Of a DNA stretch of 55,753 nt, positions 9,693 through 20,403 are shown piece by piece (within the stretch, counting starts at the first letter, position 1; the number at the start of each line of letters is the position of its first letter). Both the position numbers and the translations under genes were made by a program. Source of the stretch: an uncultured Candidatus Saccharibacteria bacterium (GTDB taxonomy: Bacteria; Patescibacteriota; Minisyncoccia; Portnoybacterales; UBA2143); assembly GCA_964548405.1 (NCBI GenBank), contig CAZJPW010000004.1, forward strand, positions 1 through 55,753. The letters are read 5' to 3'. The notes under the pieces are model-generated. The model was not told the DNA's origin. It searched no databases and was given only the letters and a program-made list of their open reading frames with translations.

Positions 9693-9767
9693 TGGTGGGT
9701 GCGCCAGGATTCGAACCTGGAACCGCTTAGATATAAGCTAAGAGCTCTGCCATTGAGCTACGCACCC
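9693..9767 (-). tRNA. tRNA-Ile(TAT) (anticodon UAU, decodes AUA)
   Basis: Reverse complement is GGGTGCGTAGCTCAATGGCAGAGCTCTTAGCTTATATCTAAG...CCAGGTTCGAATCCTGGCGCACCCACCA. The anticodon stem CTTAG/CTAAG encloses the loop CTTATAT, giving TAT. CCA is encoded. Confidence 0.75.
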
Positions 9768-9783
9768 ATGGATATATATTATT

Positions 9784-11607
9784 CTAAACTTTCTTTTTCA
9801 TCAACCTTTCAAATTCTTTGCGTTCAATAACTTCTTTCTTGATTAAAACATCAGCAATTTGGTTAAGTTTTTTCCTTTTTTGAGTAATAATCTTTTTAGC
9901 TGTGTGAAAAGCGGTATCAAGAAATTTAGATACTTCTTTATCAATCTGGCTCGATATTTCTTCAGAATAATCTTTTTCTGTAGTCATTTCCCGGCCTAGA
10001 AAAATCATTTCTTCTTTTCCGCCAAAAGTTCTTGGTCCCAGTTTATCACTCATACCATACTTAGTAACTAGTCTATGAGCTAGGTCAGTTGCCTTTTGTA
10101 AGTCATTGGCGGCCCCAGTAGTTATTTCGCCAAAAATGCTTTTTTCTGCCACATAGCCACCCAAAAACACAGCTAATTCATCAATGAATTCAGAGCGAGA
10201 ATAAAGGTGTTTGTCTTCAATAGGAAGTTTTAAAGTATATCCGACTGCCTGACCTCGAGAAATGATAGAAATTTTTTGGACTGGATCAGTATTGGGCAGT
10301 AAAGCGGCCACTAAAGCATGGCCTGCTTCATGAAAAGCGGTGATTTCTTTTTCTTTTTTGGAGAAAATATGACTTTTTCTTTCCGGTCCTAAGAGAACTT
10401 TTTCAATCGCTTCTCTTAATTCATCTTGACTAATTTCTTTTTTGTTTCTTCGGGCAGTCAGAATAGCTGCTTCATTAACAATATTAGCTAAGTCAGCTCC
10501 AGAAAAACCAGGTGTCCTCTCAGCGATTTCTTTCAAATTAACATTCTTTCCCAATGGCTTATTTAAAGAATGAATTTTGAGGATATCTTTTCGGTCTTTA
10601 AGATCAGGTAAGTCAAAAACAACTCTTCGGTCAAAGCGGCCTGGCCTTAAAAGGGCTGGATCCAATACATCAGGTCGGTTAGTAGCTGCTAAGAGGATAA
10701 TGCCGGAATTAGGATCAAAGCCGTCCATTTCCACTAAGATTTGGTTAAGAGTTTGTTCACGTTCATCGTGTCCGCCTCCCATGCCGGCGCCCCGTTGTCG
10801 TCCAATAGCATCTAATTCATCAATAAAAATCAGAGCGGGTGCATTTTTCTTAGCAGTTTGGAAAAGATCTCTGGTTCGGGCAGAGCCAACTCCAACAAAC
10901 ATTTCTACGAATTCTGAGCCAGAAACGTTGAAAAAAGGAACATTGGCTTCAGTGGCCACAGCTCGGGCAATTAATGTTTTGCCGGTGCCTGGCGGACCAA
11001 CTAAGAGAACGCCTTTGGGAATTTTAGCGCCCAAATTGACGAATTTTCTAGGGCTTTTAAGAAAATCTACGATTTCATACAGTTCTTCTTTGGCTTCTTT
11101 TAAGCCAGCTACATCTTTAAAGGTTATTCGGTTTTTTTTATCTTTAGGGTCAACTAGTCGGGCTCGGGAACGGCCAAAGGTAAAAGCTTGCATTTGTCCT
11201 CTTTGAGCTCCTCTAAGCATAAACCAGAGGAAGAAGCCAATAATGACTAAGGGTAGAAGAAATGGTAGGACAGTGCCAATCCAGAAAGCCAATCCGCTTT
11301 CTCCCTTGATTTCTAAGTTAATTAACTTAAGTTTTTCCGGGTCAACATTAAAATTTTTGAGTGATTCAGTTAAAGACGATTCTTTCTCTTTTATAGCTAT
11401 TTGTTGAGTGCTGTCTTTTAATTCAATTTCTAGTTTATCCCCTTTAATGACTATTTTAGAAACTTGTTCTTGGTTAATCTGGGCAACTAGTTGATTAAGT
11501 GAAATTTCTTCTGGTTTTTCGCCTGTTTCGTTAATTAAAGCAAAAAATCCGGCTATGGTTAAAAAAGCCAGAAAGGCAATCAAAAGATTTTTAAAAAGAT
11601 ATTTCAT
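9784..11607 (-). CDS. ftsH: ATP-dependent zinc metalloprotease FtsH
   Basis: N-terminal TM, Walker [16 protein letters not shown], the SRH region and the zinc motif HEAGHAL. Confidence 0.9.
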   Translation of the reverse strand: MKYLFKNLLIAFLAFLTIAGFFALINETGEKPEEISLNQLVAQINQEQVSKIVIKGDKLEIELKDSTQQIAIKEKESSLTESLKNFNVDPEKLKLINLEIKGESGLAFWIGTVLPFLLPLVIIGFFLWFMLRGAQRGQMQAFTFGRSRARLVDPKDKKNRITFKDVAGLKEAKEELYEIVDFLKSPRKFVNLGAKIPKGVLLVGPPGTGKTLIARAVATEANVPFFNVSGSEFVEMFVGVGSARTRDLFQTAKKNAPALIFIDELDAIGRQRGAGMGGGHDEREQTLNQILVEMDGFDPNSGIILLAATNRPDVLDPALLRPGRFDRRVVFDLPDLKDRKDILKIHSLNKPLGKNVNLKEIAERTPGFSGADLANIVNEAAILTARRNKKEISQDELREAIEKVLLGPERKSHIFSKKEKEITAFHEAGHALVAALLPNTDPVQKISIISRGQAVGYTLKLPIEDKHLYSRSEFIDELAVFLGGYVAEKSIFGEITTGAANDLQKATDLAHRLVTKYGMSDKLGPRTFGGKEEMIFLGREMTTEKDYSEEISSQIDKEVSKFLDTAFHTAKKIITQKRKKLNQIADVLIKKEVIERKEFERLMKKKV

Positions 11608-11615
11608 GTGATAGT

Positions 11616-12794
11616 CTATTCTTTGACTAAAGTTAAAGCCATTTTGTGCGTTTGAGGACTCAGAGAAATAATTTCAAAATTATATGATTCATCTAGTCTG
11701 AGAGCATTCTCTATTTGTAAGTTGTTTTTGGTGAATTCAGCAGCGTGGGCCAAACCATGGATACCTTCTTCTACCTGGATAAAGGCGCCGGTCGGTGTGA
11801 ATTTAATAACCTTACCCTGGATTGTCTGTCCATTCTGATATTTCTCATTAATATTTTGCCAAGGATCTTCCTTTAATGTTTTAAGAGAAAGAGATATTTG
11901 TCCATTTTGAATATCAATAATTTGGGCTTTAATATTTTCGTTTTCTTTGAGAATTTGACTGGGATGATCAATAATTTGCCAGTCTAGTTCGGAAATGTGA
12001 GCTAAGCCTTCTAGGCTATCGTCAATTTTGATGAAGGCGCCGAAATTGGCTAGAGCAGAAACCGTTCCTTTAACTATATCGCCTTTTTTGTAGTTTTCTA
12101 AATTCGCCTGGAGCTTCTTTTCTTGAGCTGCTTTTTCAGAAACAATCAGTTTTTCATCTTTTTTATCCAAACCAATAATTTTTACTTTAATTTCTTGGCC
12201 GATAAACTTGCTAAGCTCTCTGAGTATTTTGTTTTTGTCTCCGTCTTCAACTCGAGGGTAGTTTTCGGGTGACAGTTGAGAAACGGGTAGGAATCCAGTT
12301 GTACCCGAGTAATTAATAACCAAGCCGCCCCGATTAGCATCTATTACTTTAACAGAAATAGTTTCGTTATCTTGTTTTTTAGTTTTAAGGTCAGACCACG
12401 TTTTTTCCAGAGTAGCTTCCTTTATTGATAATTCAATATATCCGTCGTCGTTTTCTGGACTTAAAACTAAGGCAGAAATTTTCTGGCCGACTTTTAGATC
12501 TTTGATTATAGCTTTGTTGTCTTTCCATTCTCCGCCATAGATAATACCGGTACCCAAAGGGCTTAATTCTAAAATGATTGCATTCTTACTAACTTTAATA
12601 ATCTTACCCTCAACTAAATCACCCGCTTGAGGTAGGCGAGGTGTTTTTTCGTCTTTAAACAGCAAGTCTTTCATTGTTTTTAATTCTTTCTTTATCATAC
12701 TTTTCAGAGTATAACCTAAGATTAGTCGCTTGGCAAGAGGTAGAAGATATGATAGAATAATTGTAGGAATAATTAATGGAACTATGGTTCCCAA
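11616..12794 (-). CDS. S1-domain RNA-binding protein (ribosomal protein S1-like, 3-4 S1 repeats)
   Basis: Repeated S1 motifs: GDLVEGKIIKVSKNAIILEL, GDIVKGTVSALANFGAFIKI and GQTIQGKVIKFTPTGAFIQV. The annotated N-terminus may be over-extended; an internal Met at MIKKELKTMKDLL is an alternative start. Confidence 0.7.
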   Translation of the reverse strand: MGTIVPLIIPTIILSYLLPLAKRLILGYTLKSMIKKELKTMKDLLFKDEKTPRLPQAGDLVEGKIIKVSKNAIILELSPLGTGIIYGGEWKDNKAIIKDLKVGQKISALVLSPENDDGYIELSIKEATLEKTWSDLKTKKQDNETISVKVIDANRGGLVINYSGTTGFLPVSQLSPENYPRVEDGDKNKILRELSKFIGQEIKVKIIGLDKKDEKLIVSEKAAQEKKLQANLENYKKGDIVKGTVSALANFGAFIKIDDSLEGLAHISELDWQIIDHPSQILKENENIKAQIIDIQNGQISLSLKTLKEDPWQNINEKYQNGQTIQGKVIKFTPTGAFIQVEEGIHGLAHAAEFTKNNLQIENALRLDESYNFEIISLSPQTHKMALTLVKE

Positions 12795-13447
12795 ATTTTT
12801 TTATGACCATTACTTGGTATGGCCATTCTTGTTTTAAAATAGCTAATCAAGGCGGCCATCTTACAATTATTACTGATCCTTTTGATAAGAAAATCGGATT
12901 GACCCCGCCTCGGGGCAATGCTGATATTATTACAATTTCCCATGATCATTTTGATCATAACAATGCTAAAGCGATCAGTGGAGAACCTTTTGTAATTGAA
13001 ACCCCAGGAGAATACGAAATTAAAGGAATCAGAATTCTAGGCGTAGCTGGGTATCATGATAAGGATAAGGGTAAAGAAAGAGGCAGTAATACAATATATC
13101 TTATTAAAGTAGATAGCATCAAGATTTGTCATTTGGGAGATATGGGGCAAGAAAAACTAACTGATAAACAGTTGGAGTTGATTGGTGATGTTGATATTTT
13201 AATGGTTCCAGTTGATGGAGTTTATACGATTAGCGCTAAAGAGGCAGTTAAAATTATCAAACAGATTGAGCCGAGCGTCGTTATACCAATGCACTATAAA
13301 TTACCAGGCTTGACAGAAAAGCTTGCCGAGGTCAAGGATTTTCTTAAAGAGATGGGCTTAAACGGACAGGAAGCAGTTGATAAATTAACCCTTAAGAAAA
13401 ATGATTTAGCTAATAGGGAAATGGAAGTAGTTGTATTTAAATTTTAA
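12776..13447 (+). CDS. UPF0173/YtkL-like metallo-beta-lactamase-fold hydrolase
   Basis: TITWYGHSCFKI...ITDPF...ADIITISHDHFDHNN. The true start is probably MTITWYGH at about 12806. Confidence 0.7.
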   Translation: MELWFPNFFMTITWYGHSCFKIANQGGHLTIITDPFDKKIGLTPPRGNADIITISHDHFDHNNAKAISGEPFVIETPGEYEIKGIRILGVAGYHDKDKGKERGSNTIYLIKVDSIKICHLGDMGQEKLTDKQLELIGDVDILMVPVDGVYTISAKEAVKIIKQIEPSVVIPMHYKLPGLTEKLAEVKDFLKEMGLNGQEAVDKLTLKKNDLANREMEVVVFKF

Positions 13448-13817
13448 AATGTCTTTAATTGAATTTATCCAAAAACTTCAAGATAAACCTCGTCATGTCC
13501 GCATTCAGATTCTCTGGTTGTCTGTTTTTGTTTCCATGATTATTATTATCTCTCTTTGGGTGATTTCTCTAAAAGATTCTCTGTCAGACAAGGCCGAAGA
13601 AAAAAAATCAGACGAGTTAGTCCAATCGTTAAATAAGGCAAAAGAACAAATACCTTCCTTAATAGATTCTTTTAAGGCAAGTATTGGTTCTTTTTTTGAA
13701 AAAGAGATAGAGATAGAAAGTGAACAGCCTATACAAGTTAAACAGCAAATATTGGAGGAAGATGATAATAAGATTAGTCCAGGCGAATTACCTTTAAGTA
13801 AAAGTATAAATGACTAA
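13431..13817 (+). CDS. hypothetical single-pass membrane protein
   Basis: One TM helix ([21 protein letters not shown]). It is tightly packed between the hydrolase gene and gyrA. No family recognised. Confidence 0.45.
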   Translation: MYLNFKMSLIEFIQKLQDKPRHVRIQILWLSVFVSMIIIISLWVISLKDSLSDKAEEKKSDELVQSLNKAKEQIPSLIDSFKASIGSFFEKEIEIESEQPIQVKQQILEEDDNKISPGELPLSKSIND

Positions 13818-16278
13818 AAAAGTGGCTAAAACAAAACAAGCTAGTCCAGATATTGGATATGTAAAGAAGCGCTCGATTACCGAGGAGATGAAGGAGTCGT
13901 ATTTAGAATATGCTATGAGCGTGATTGTTGCTCGGGCTTTGCCAGATGTACGTGATGGACTTAAACCTGTTCACCGTCGTGTTTTGTATGGTATGCATGG
14001 AATGGGATTGAGTAGTGGGGCTAAATATCGCAAATCAGCTGCGATTGTAGGTAATGTCCTTGGGAGATATCATCCTCACGGTGATTTGGCTGTTTATGAG
14101 TCAATGGTCAGAATGGCTCAAGATTTCTCGTTAAGGTATCCTTTGGTTGATGGGCAAGGAAATTTTGGATCTATGGACGGGGATAATGCTGCGGCCCAAA
14201 GATATACAGAAGCAAGGATGACTAAGTTGTCTGAAGAAATGTTGACTGATATTGAAAAGGAAACAGTTGACTTAATTGATAATTATGACGGTACTAGACA
14301 AGAACCATCAGTCTTGCCGGCTAGGTTTCCTCAATTGCTGGTTAATGGTATTTTTGGCATTGCTGTAGGAATGACCACTAATATCCCGCCCCATAACTTG
14401 GGCGAGATAATTGATGCGACTATTTATTTAATTGATCATCCTAAAGCAACAGTTAAAGATTTATTTCAATTTGTCAAAGGTCCTGATTTTCCAACTGGTG
14501 GAGAGATTTATGATAAAAAGACTATGGTCCAGGCATATAGTACTGGTCGAGGACCAATCGTTAATCGAGCCAAAGCGGAAATCATTGAACGGAAATCAGG
14601 TAAATACCAGATCATTATTTCCCAAATAACCTACGGGACTAATAAGGCTACCTTGATTACCAAGATTGCTGAATTATACAAGGCCAAGAAACTTCAGGGA
14701 ATTAAAGATGTTAGAGATGAATCAGGTAGAGAAGATGAAGTTAGAATTGTCATTGACTTAAAAGGCGATGCTAGTCCTCAAAAGATACTTAATCGTCTAT
14801 ATAAGTTAACTGATTTACAAAAGACTTTCCATATGAATATGTTAGCCTTGGTAGATAGAGGTCTTCAGCCTCAAATGCTGTCTTTGGTTGGAGTACTTGA
14901 AGAATATATTAAACATCGTCAAGAAGTAATTACTCGTAGGACTAAATATTTATTAAATCAAGCTAAAGAAAGAGCCCATATTTTAGAAGGATTAAGTAAA
15001 GCCTTAGATCAGATTGATGCCGTTATTGAGACGATTAAAAAATCTCCAACCCGAGAAGAAGCGCATAAGAATTTAATCAGGAAATTTAAACTGAGCGATC
15101 GCCAGACAACAGCTATTTTGGAAATGCGCTTACAGACTTTAGCCGGTCTAGAACAGAAGAAGATTAAAGATGAACTCAAAGAAAAAAGGAAATTAATCAA
15201 GGAATTAGAAGCTTTGCTTAAGAGTCCGCGCAAGATTTTGACCGTTGTTAAAAAAGATCTCAAGGAATTAAAGGAAAAGTTTGCTGATCTTCGTAAGACT
15301 AAAGTTTTTGCCAGACCAGTTGGACAGCTAAGCGATGAAGATTTGATTCCTCAAGAAAACTGCGTAGTTATTCTTACTCAAGGGGGATATATTAAGAGGG
15401 TTAATCCTCAAGCCTACAAAGCTCAGAAAAGGGGTGGTAAGGGAATTTTGGGGATTACTCCGCGTGAAGAAGATGCAGTTGGTTGGTTTCTTTCTGCTTC
15501 AACTCATGATGATCTTCTTTTCTTTACTGACCAAGGCAGAGTTTTCCAGACTAAGGCCTATGAACTGCCTGAAGCTAGTCGAGTGGCCCGTGGTCAGGCT
15601 ATAGTTAATTTTCTTCAATTAGGTTCTAAAGAACAAGTTACAGCTGTTTTGAAAATGGAAAAGGATGTCCAATCTAAATATTTGGTTATGTCAACTGAAA
15701 ATGGTATAATTAAAAGGACTAAGTTGGGAGATTTTGCCAACGTTCGTAAAAATGGATTAATAGCTATTAATTTAAGAAAGGATGATAAGCTTAAGTGGGC
15801 CAAGTTAACTTCAGGGAAGGAAGAGATTCTTTTGGTTACGATTTATGGCCAGAGTATTCGTTTTAAAGAAAATGATGTTAGGGCGATGAGTCGGGCAGCA
15901 GCTGGAGTAAAAGGAATTAATCTAAAGAGTGATGATAAACTGGTTAGAATGGATGTAATTAACGAAGGGGGAAAAGGTCAAAAAGTACTGGTTGTTACGG
16001 AGAACGGATATGGCAAGAGGACCGATTTAAAAAACTACAAGATACAAAAAAGAGGCGGTTCGGGCGTTAAGACGGCTAAACTAACGGCCAAGACAGGAAA
16101 TATTGTGGCCAGCTATGTACTAAGGGACGAGCAAGAGGATTTAATCGCTATTTCTAAAAAAGGACAAGTCATTAGGACTAAACTTAAGAGTATTGCCACT
16201 TTAGGTAGGGCTACCCAAGGGGTCAGGATTATGAAATTGAATCGCGGGGATAAAGTGGTTTCAATTGCTTGTATTTAG
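13810..16278 (+). CDS. gyrA: DNA gyrase subunit A
   Basis: [24 protein letters not shown] and [10 protein letters not shown] are present. At 822 aa it includes the C-terminal beta-pinwheel repeats. Confidence 0.95.
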   Translation: MTKKVAKTKQASPDIGYVKKRSITEEMKESYLEYAMSVIVARALPDVRDGLKPVHRRVLYGMHGMGLSSGAKYRKSAAIVGNVLGRYHPHGDLAVYESMVRMAQDFSLRYPLVDGQGNFGSMDGDNAAAQRYTEARMTKLSEEMLTDIEKETVDLIDNYDGTRQEPSVLPARFPQLLVNGIFGIAVGMTTNIPPHNLGEIIDATIYLIDHPKATVKDLFQFVKGPDFPTGGEIYDKKTMVQAYSTGRGPIVNRAKAEIIERKSGKYQIIISQITYGTNKATLITKIAELYKAKKLQGIKDVRDESGREDEVRIVIDLKGDASPQKILNRLYKLTDLQKTFHMNMLALVDRGLQPQMLSLVGVLEEYIKHRQEVITRRTKYLLNQAKERAHILEGLSKALDQIDAVIETIKKSPTREEAHKNLIRKFKLSDRQTTAILEMRLQTLAGLEQKKIKDELKEKRKLIKELEALLKSPRKILTVVKKDLKELKEKFADLRKTKVFARPVGQLSDEDLIPQENCVVILTQGGYIKRVNPQAYKAQKRGGKGILGITPREEDAVGWFLSASTHDDLLFFTDQGRVFQTKAYELPEASRVARGQAIVNFLQLGSKEQVTAVLKMEKDVQSKYLVMSTENGIIKRTKLGDFANVRKNGLIAINLRKDDKLKWAKLTSGKEEILLVTIYGQSIRFKENDVRAMSRAAAGVKGINLKSDDKLVRMDVINEGGKGQKVLVVTENGYGKRTDLKNYKIQKRGGSGVKTAKLTAKTGNIVASYVLRDEQEDLIAISKKGQVIRTKLKSIATLGRATQGVRIMKLNRGDKVVSIACI

Positions 16279-16816
16279 TATGGAAAAAGTTACTAATGGT
16301 TTAATTCAGCCAGAAGAAGTTTTAAATCAGTTGGATTTGCACGATAATATGCAAGTGGCTGATTTTGGTTGCGGCAACGGATATTTTAGTATTCCCTTGG
16401 CTAAGATAAATACCCTAGGGAAAGTTTATGCTTTAGATGTAATTAAAGAGGCCTTGGAAGCGGTTAAGAGCGGAGCTAATTTAGAAGGTATTGAAAATAT
16501 CGAGACAATCCATTGTAATTTAGAAATACCCGGTGCTTCTAAACTAGAGGATGAGTCAATGGATTTAGTTCTGTTGCGTAACATTTTGTTTCAGTCTCAG
16601 AAAAAGGAGGAGATTATTAGGGAGGCTAGTCGCGTCCTAAAGCCAGAAGGAAAACTGATTTTGCTTGAATGGGTGCTTGGTGCTTCTTTAGCGCCTAAGG
16701 AAGGTTGGATGATTTCTAAAGATGAGGCTGTAAAGCTTGTTGAGGCTGAAAATGTGTCTTTTGACAAAGAATTGGTTTTAGATAATCAACACTATGGATT
16801 AGTGTTTAAAAAATAG
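16265..16816 (+). CDS. class I SAM-dependent methyltransferase (183 aa)
   Basis: Motif [17 protein letters not shown] and motif [12 protein letters not shown]. Confidence 0.7.
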   Translation: MLVFSMEKVTNGLIQPEEVLNQLDLHDNMQVADFGCGNGYFSIPLAKINTLGKVYALDVIKEALEAVKSGANLEGIENIETIHCNLEIPGASKLEDESMDLVLLRNILFQSQKKEEIIREASRVLKPEGKLILLEWVLGASLAPKEGWMISKDEAVKLVEAENVSFDKELVLDNQHYGLVFKK

Positions 16817-18108
16817 TGTCTAAACAAAAAGCGACAATTCTTTATACTTTTATTGCCCCAATGCTTATTTTTGGGTTAGCTGCTTCTTTACCTGGATGCA
16901 AGGAAGATCCTTTTAAAAAGGTAGAGTTGGAATTTTGGGGTGTTTTTGATGATTCTGACATTTACCAGCCATTGATTGATGCTTTTAATGAAGAATACAA
17001 ATACATTACTATTAATTATTATAAGAAGAACTATCAGACTTATGAAAAAGACCTATTAGAAGCTATGGCTACTGGCCGGGGACCTGATATATATATGATT
17101 CATCACACTTGGACATCAAGGTATAAGGATAAGTTTTTGGGGGCTCCTTCAGAACTAATTACTTTAAAAGACTTTCAGGATAATTTCGTTGATGTAGTTT
17201 ATAATGATTTTGTGATAGATGGATATATCGCGGCTATGCCTTTGAGTGTTGATACTTTAGCTCTTTATTATAACAAGGATATTTTTAATACAGCTGGTAT
17301 TCCCCAGCCCCCCAAGACCTGGGAAGAATTTTTAACTGTGTCAGAGAGAACAACTACTAAAGATCAGCGAGGTAATATTATTCAGGCCGGGGCAGCTTTA
17401 GGCACGGCTCGCAATGTTAATCGGTCAACTGATATCTTGTCTCTTTTAATGATTCAATCGGGCGCTCAAATGACTGATCAGAATAATACCAAAGCAACAT
17501 TTAACTTATCTGCTTCTGTAGATGGATCAAGGTTTTATCCGGGTCAAAGGGCCTTAGAATTCTATACTGATTTTGCCAATCCATTAAAATCTTCATATAC
17601 TTGGAATACCAGAATGCATTATTCAATAGATGCTTTTTACGAAGGCAAGGTAGCTATGATGTTTAATTATTCATATAATTTACCAACTATCAGGGCTAAG
17701 TCGCCTTATCTTAATTTTGGGGTAGCTCCTATGCCTCAAATTAAGGATTCAACTAAAGACATTAATTACGCTAATTATTGGGGTTTAACATCTTCTATTA
17801 ATTCCGAAGATTCCAATGAGGTCTGGCAGTTTATTATCTGGCTGACTAATAAGGATAATGCCCAAAAATATTTAGAAGTGGTTGAAAGACCGATTGCCCG
17901 GCGTGATTTAGTTGCTTGGCAGAGAAACGATAAGGATTTGGGCGTTTTTGCCGATCAATCTTTAACAGCCCACTCTTGGTACCAAGTGGATAACTCAGCT
18001 ATTGAACAGCATCTGGCAGATATGATAGAATCAATAGTGTTAAGTCAGGCAACTATTGAAGAGGCGATTAATAAGGCGACTAATCAAATAACTTTATTGA
18101 TGAGATAA
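16816..18108 (+). CDS. extracellular solute-binding lipoprotein (ABC transporter SBP family 1-like)
   Basis: Signal peptide with a lipobox (LAASLPGC). Its size and W/Y-rich composition are typical of sugar-binding SBPs. Confidence 0.55.
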   Translation: MSKQKATILYTFIAPMLIFGLAASLPGCKEDPFKKVELEFWGVFDDSDIYQPLIDAFNEEYKYITINYYKKNYQTYEKDLLEAMATGRGPDIYMIHHTWTSRYKDKFLGAPSELITLKDFQDNFVDVVYNDFVIDGYIAAMPLSVDTLALYYNKDIFNTAGIPQPPKTWEEFLTVSERTTTKDQRGNIIQAGAALGTARNVNRSTDILSLLMIQSGAQMTDQNNTKATFNLSASVDGSRFYPGQRALEFYTDFANPLKSSYTWNTRMHYSIDAFYEGKVAMMFNYSYNLPTIRAKSPYLNFGVAPMPQIKDSTKDINYANYWGLTSSINSEDSNEVWQFIIWLTNKDNAQKYLEVVERPIARRDLVAWQRNDKDLGVFADQSLTAHSWYQVDNSAIEQHLADMIESIVLSQATIEEAINKATNQITLLMR

Positions 18109-18536
18109 TGAAGATTGTAATTGTTTTAGTTTTGTTAGTTAATATATTCTTTGTTGGCGCAGCCTCTGCCGCTTTTATTACAGATCCGCTAGTACCTTGC
18201 GGCGGGGATAGTCAGCCAGAGTGTAATCTCTGTCATCTTTGGCGCTTGGGTAGTAATATCATTAACTTTATCAGTTTTAATTTAGCTATTCCCATAGCTG
18301 CCCTGTTGTTTGTGGTGGCTGGCGTTCTTTTCTTAACGTCTGGCGGTGATGAAAGCAGGGTGACCAAAGCCAGAAATATATTTACCAACACAGTTATCGG
18401 CCTAGTTATTATTTTTGCCAGCTGGCTTTTAGTTGATACTTTGATCAAAACGATAGCTAATCCAGATACCACTCCAGGATCAAGACTTATTTATTCATGG
18501 AATCATTTTCCGATTTGTTCAGATGTGGGTCCTTGA
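18108..18536 (+). CDS. TrbC/VirB2-like pilin paralogue 1
   Basis: Sec signal peptide (VGAASAAF), then helix 1 (ending VLFLTSGG), a short charged loop (DESRVTKARN) and helix 2 (IFTNTVIGLVIIFASWLL). This is the two-helix hairpin typical of T4SS pilins. Confidence 0.45.
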   Translation: MKIVIVLVLLVNIFFVGAASAAFITDPLVPCGGDSQPECNLCHLWRLGSNIINFISFNLAIPIAALLFVVAGVLFLTSGGDESRVTKARNIFTNTVIGLVIIFASWLLVDTLIKTIANPDTTPGSRLIYSWNHFPICSDVGP

Positions 18537-18547
18537 TACAAGAATTT

Positions 18548-18901
18548 ATGTTTAAAAATATTTTAATTTTTTCTATATTACTTTTGATATTGTTTATGAT
18601 TGGTTTCCCTGTGATAAATGTAAACGCGTTTACACCAGCGCCGCATATAGAGAATCCACTCCAAGCAACGAGTTTTAACGATTTAATATCGTCAATTATT
18701 AATTGGGTCGTGACCATCGGTGTGTTAATAGCTGTATTAATGATAATTTATTCAGGATTCTTATTTATGACAGCCGGAGGTGTTGAAGATAGAGTTACCA
18801 AAGCAAGGAAAACTTTAATCTGGTCTTTGGTTGGTCTGGCAATATTAATAATGGGTAGTAATTTTATCAACTTGATTCAAAATATTCTTGGAAGTAATTA
18901 A
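18548..18901 (+). CDS. TrbC/VirB2-like pilin paralogue 2
   Basis: Signal peptide MFKNILIFSILLLILFMIGFPVINVNAF, then ...FLFMTAGGVEDRVTKARKTLIWSLVGLAILIMG. I have re-called the start at an internal Met, because the track ORF starting at 18497 overlaps paralogue 1. Confidence 0.45.
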   Translation: MFKNILIFSILLLILFMIGFPVINVNAFTPAPHIENPLQATSFNDLISSIINWVVTIGVLIAVLMIIYSGFLFMTAGGVEDRVTKARKTLIWSLVGLAILIMGSNFINLIQNILGSN

Positions 18902-18937
18902 ATTAAATTAAATTATTAAGGAAGGGGGTGAAATTTA

Positions 18938-19282
18938 GTGAAAAATAAAAAGGTTGCTGTTTTAGTTACATCTTTTATGTTTTTGTTTATTTTGGCGCCT
19001 ATGGTTTATTCTGCGTATGCGCCACCAACAGGAACAGGTCCAACTAGTTTAACTGCTATGGAAAACATAGTAAAAAAGATTGTTGGATGGGTTTCGAATA
19101 TTGTTTTGTTGATAGGTGTTATGATGATTGCTTGGGCTGGTTTCACTTGGATGACAGCTGGAGGTGATACGGATAAGTTGGGCGAAGCGAGACAAAGATT
19201 AATTTGGGGTCTAGTTGGTATTGCCGTAGCTCTATTTGCCGGTATGGCTGATGACTTTATTATGACTTTATTAGGATCATAA
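18938..19282 (+). CDS. TrbC/VirB2-like pilin paralogue 3 (GTG start)
   Basis: RBS aaggaagggggtg sits upstream. Signal peptide, then ...FTWMTAGGDTDKLGEARQRLIWGLVGIAVALFAG. It shares the TAGG-[DE]x[RK]-x-K/E-AR-x-LIW-LVG motif with paralogues 1 and 2. Confidence 0.45.
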   Translation: MKNKKVAVLVTSFMFLFILAPMVYSAYAPPTGTGPTSLTAMENIVKKIVGWVSNIVLLIGVMMIAWAGFTWMTAGGDTDKLGEARQRLIWGLVGIAVALFAGMADDFIMTLLGS

Positions 19283-19314
19283 CTAGTTAGTATATATTTT
19301 GATTGAAATAAAAA

Positions 19315-19358
19315 AGCCGGGACGTACGCTTTTATTAAGCGTGTCCGGCTTTTTGTTT
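19315..19358. terminator. bidirectional hairpin terminator
   Basis: Stem agccgggacg...cgtgtccggct with ttttg following. It sits between convergent genes. Confidence 0.55.
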
Positions 19359-19380
19359 TGTTTTTTTAGCTTACGTTACA

Positions 19381-20403
19381 TTAGCGGGGCGAGATGATTG
19401 TTACTTGAACTAGTAACGATTCATCATTGTTCCCGTTGGCCATAAGCCTAGTGATACCGTCCGTAGCTGCAGGGCCCGTCTGGTAGTTCTTTCTTCTAAT
19501 TTCAAAGGGATTCCCATGAGTAGGGATAACGGAGTAAATTCCCTTTCCCTGAATCCTGTGAATCTGGGCTCGGTCACCCTTTTTATAAGGATTCTGGTTC
19601 CCGTCCGTGTCCAGATTTACAATCTTTCCTGGAGGGAGAAGATACATGACTGAAGGTTTTAAGATATCTTTTTTAGGTTCAATGATCAAAGATATTTTAG
19701 AAAACGATTCCTCCCAGTTGATTTTTTGATCCTCTGGAACGGCGAATATCTTTTCAACTTCTATTTTTATTTTTCTTATTTCCTCCAAATTTTCGTCTGT
19801 TGGGTTTCTTATCTTATCAAGTTCAGCCAGTCGTTCCATGTATTTTTTAACCTTACCCTTTTTATTCCCTTCCTCGGCTTTTGCCAAAGCATGTTGTACC
19901 TTGGAAGTAAATACTTGATAAAGCGCTGCCCTATCAAGGTTGGTCGTGAATTCCCCGGCAAAGATTCGGAGACCGATCGAAATCATAGAGGCGAACAATA
20001 TCATCACGAACGTGGTTGCTAATAAAAATCGCGATACTCTTTTTGTAAAGGGCACATCCTTATTAACAATGGTATTCAACATAAATACCGAGATTTCGAC
20101 GGTAGCTAACCAATGCCAATGTGTTGTCCACATCTCGTGGAATACATTTGGCATAATTAGCGCTAGGACCAAGTGAAGAGTTCCCCATGCAATGGGTGTT
20201 GCCGCGACGGGTTTAAAATACTCCCACCAGAATTTCTTTGGTCCTATGGCGTACATGCCGCCGATAATAATGCCTGCGAATAAGGCGGCGGCGATTAGCA
20301 TTAAGGTTGCTTGGAAAAGCCCTATCCCCAACATCGACGAGATTACACATACGATTACGAATATAATCGTCAATGCTGTAAGTGTAGTCCGGTATGTGTT
20401 CAT
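19381..20403 (-). CDS. polytopic membrane protein, possible NfeD-like partner of the upstream SPFH protein
   Basis: About 5 N-terminal TM helices, a coiled-coil middle section, and a beta-rich C-terminal domain. Its start overlaps the SPFH stop by 4 nt (ATGA). GC content is elevated. Confidence 0.5.
   Translation of the reverse strand: MNTYRTTLTALTIIFVIVCVISSMLGIGLFQATLMLIAAALFAGIIIGGMYAIGPKKFWWEYFKPVAATPIAWGTLHLVLALIMPNVFHEMWTTHWHWLATVEISVFMLNTIVNKDVPFTKRVSRFLLATTFVMILFASMISIGLRIFAGEFTTNLDRAALYQVFTSKVQHALAKAEEGNKKGKVKKYMERLAELDKIRNPTDENLEEIRKIKIEVEKIFAVPEDQKINWEESFSKISLIIEPKKDILKPSVMYLLPPGKIVNLDTDGNQNPYKKGDRAQIHRIQGKGIYSVIPTHGNPFEIRRKNYQTGPAATDGITRLMANGNNDESLLVQVTIISPR

Noticed and set aside
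10577-11206. 209-aa plus-strand ORF antisense to ftsH
   Set aside because: It lies entirely inside the ftsH coding region on the opposite strand and has an S/R/P-rich composition typical of antisense frames of a GC-richer gene.
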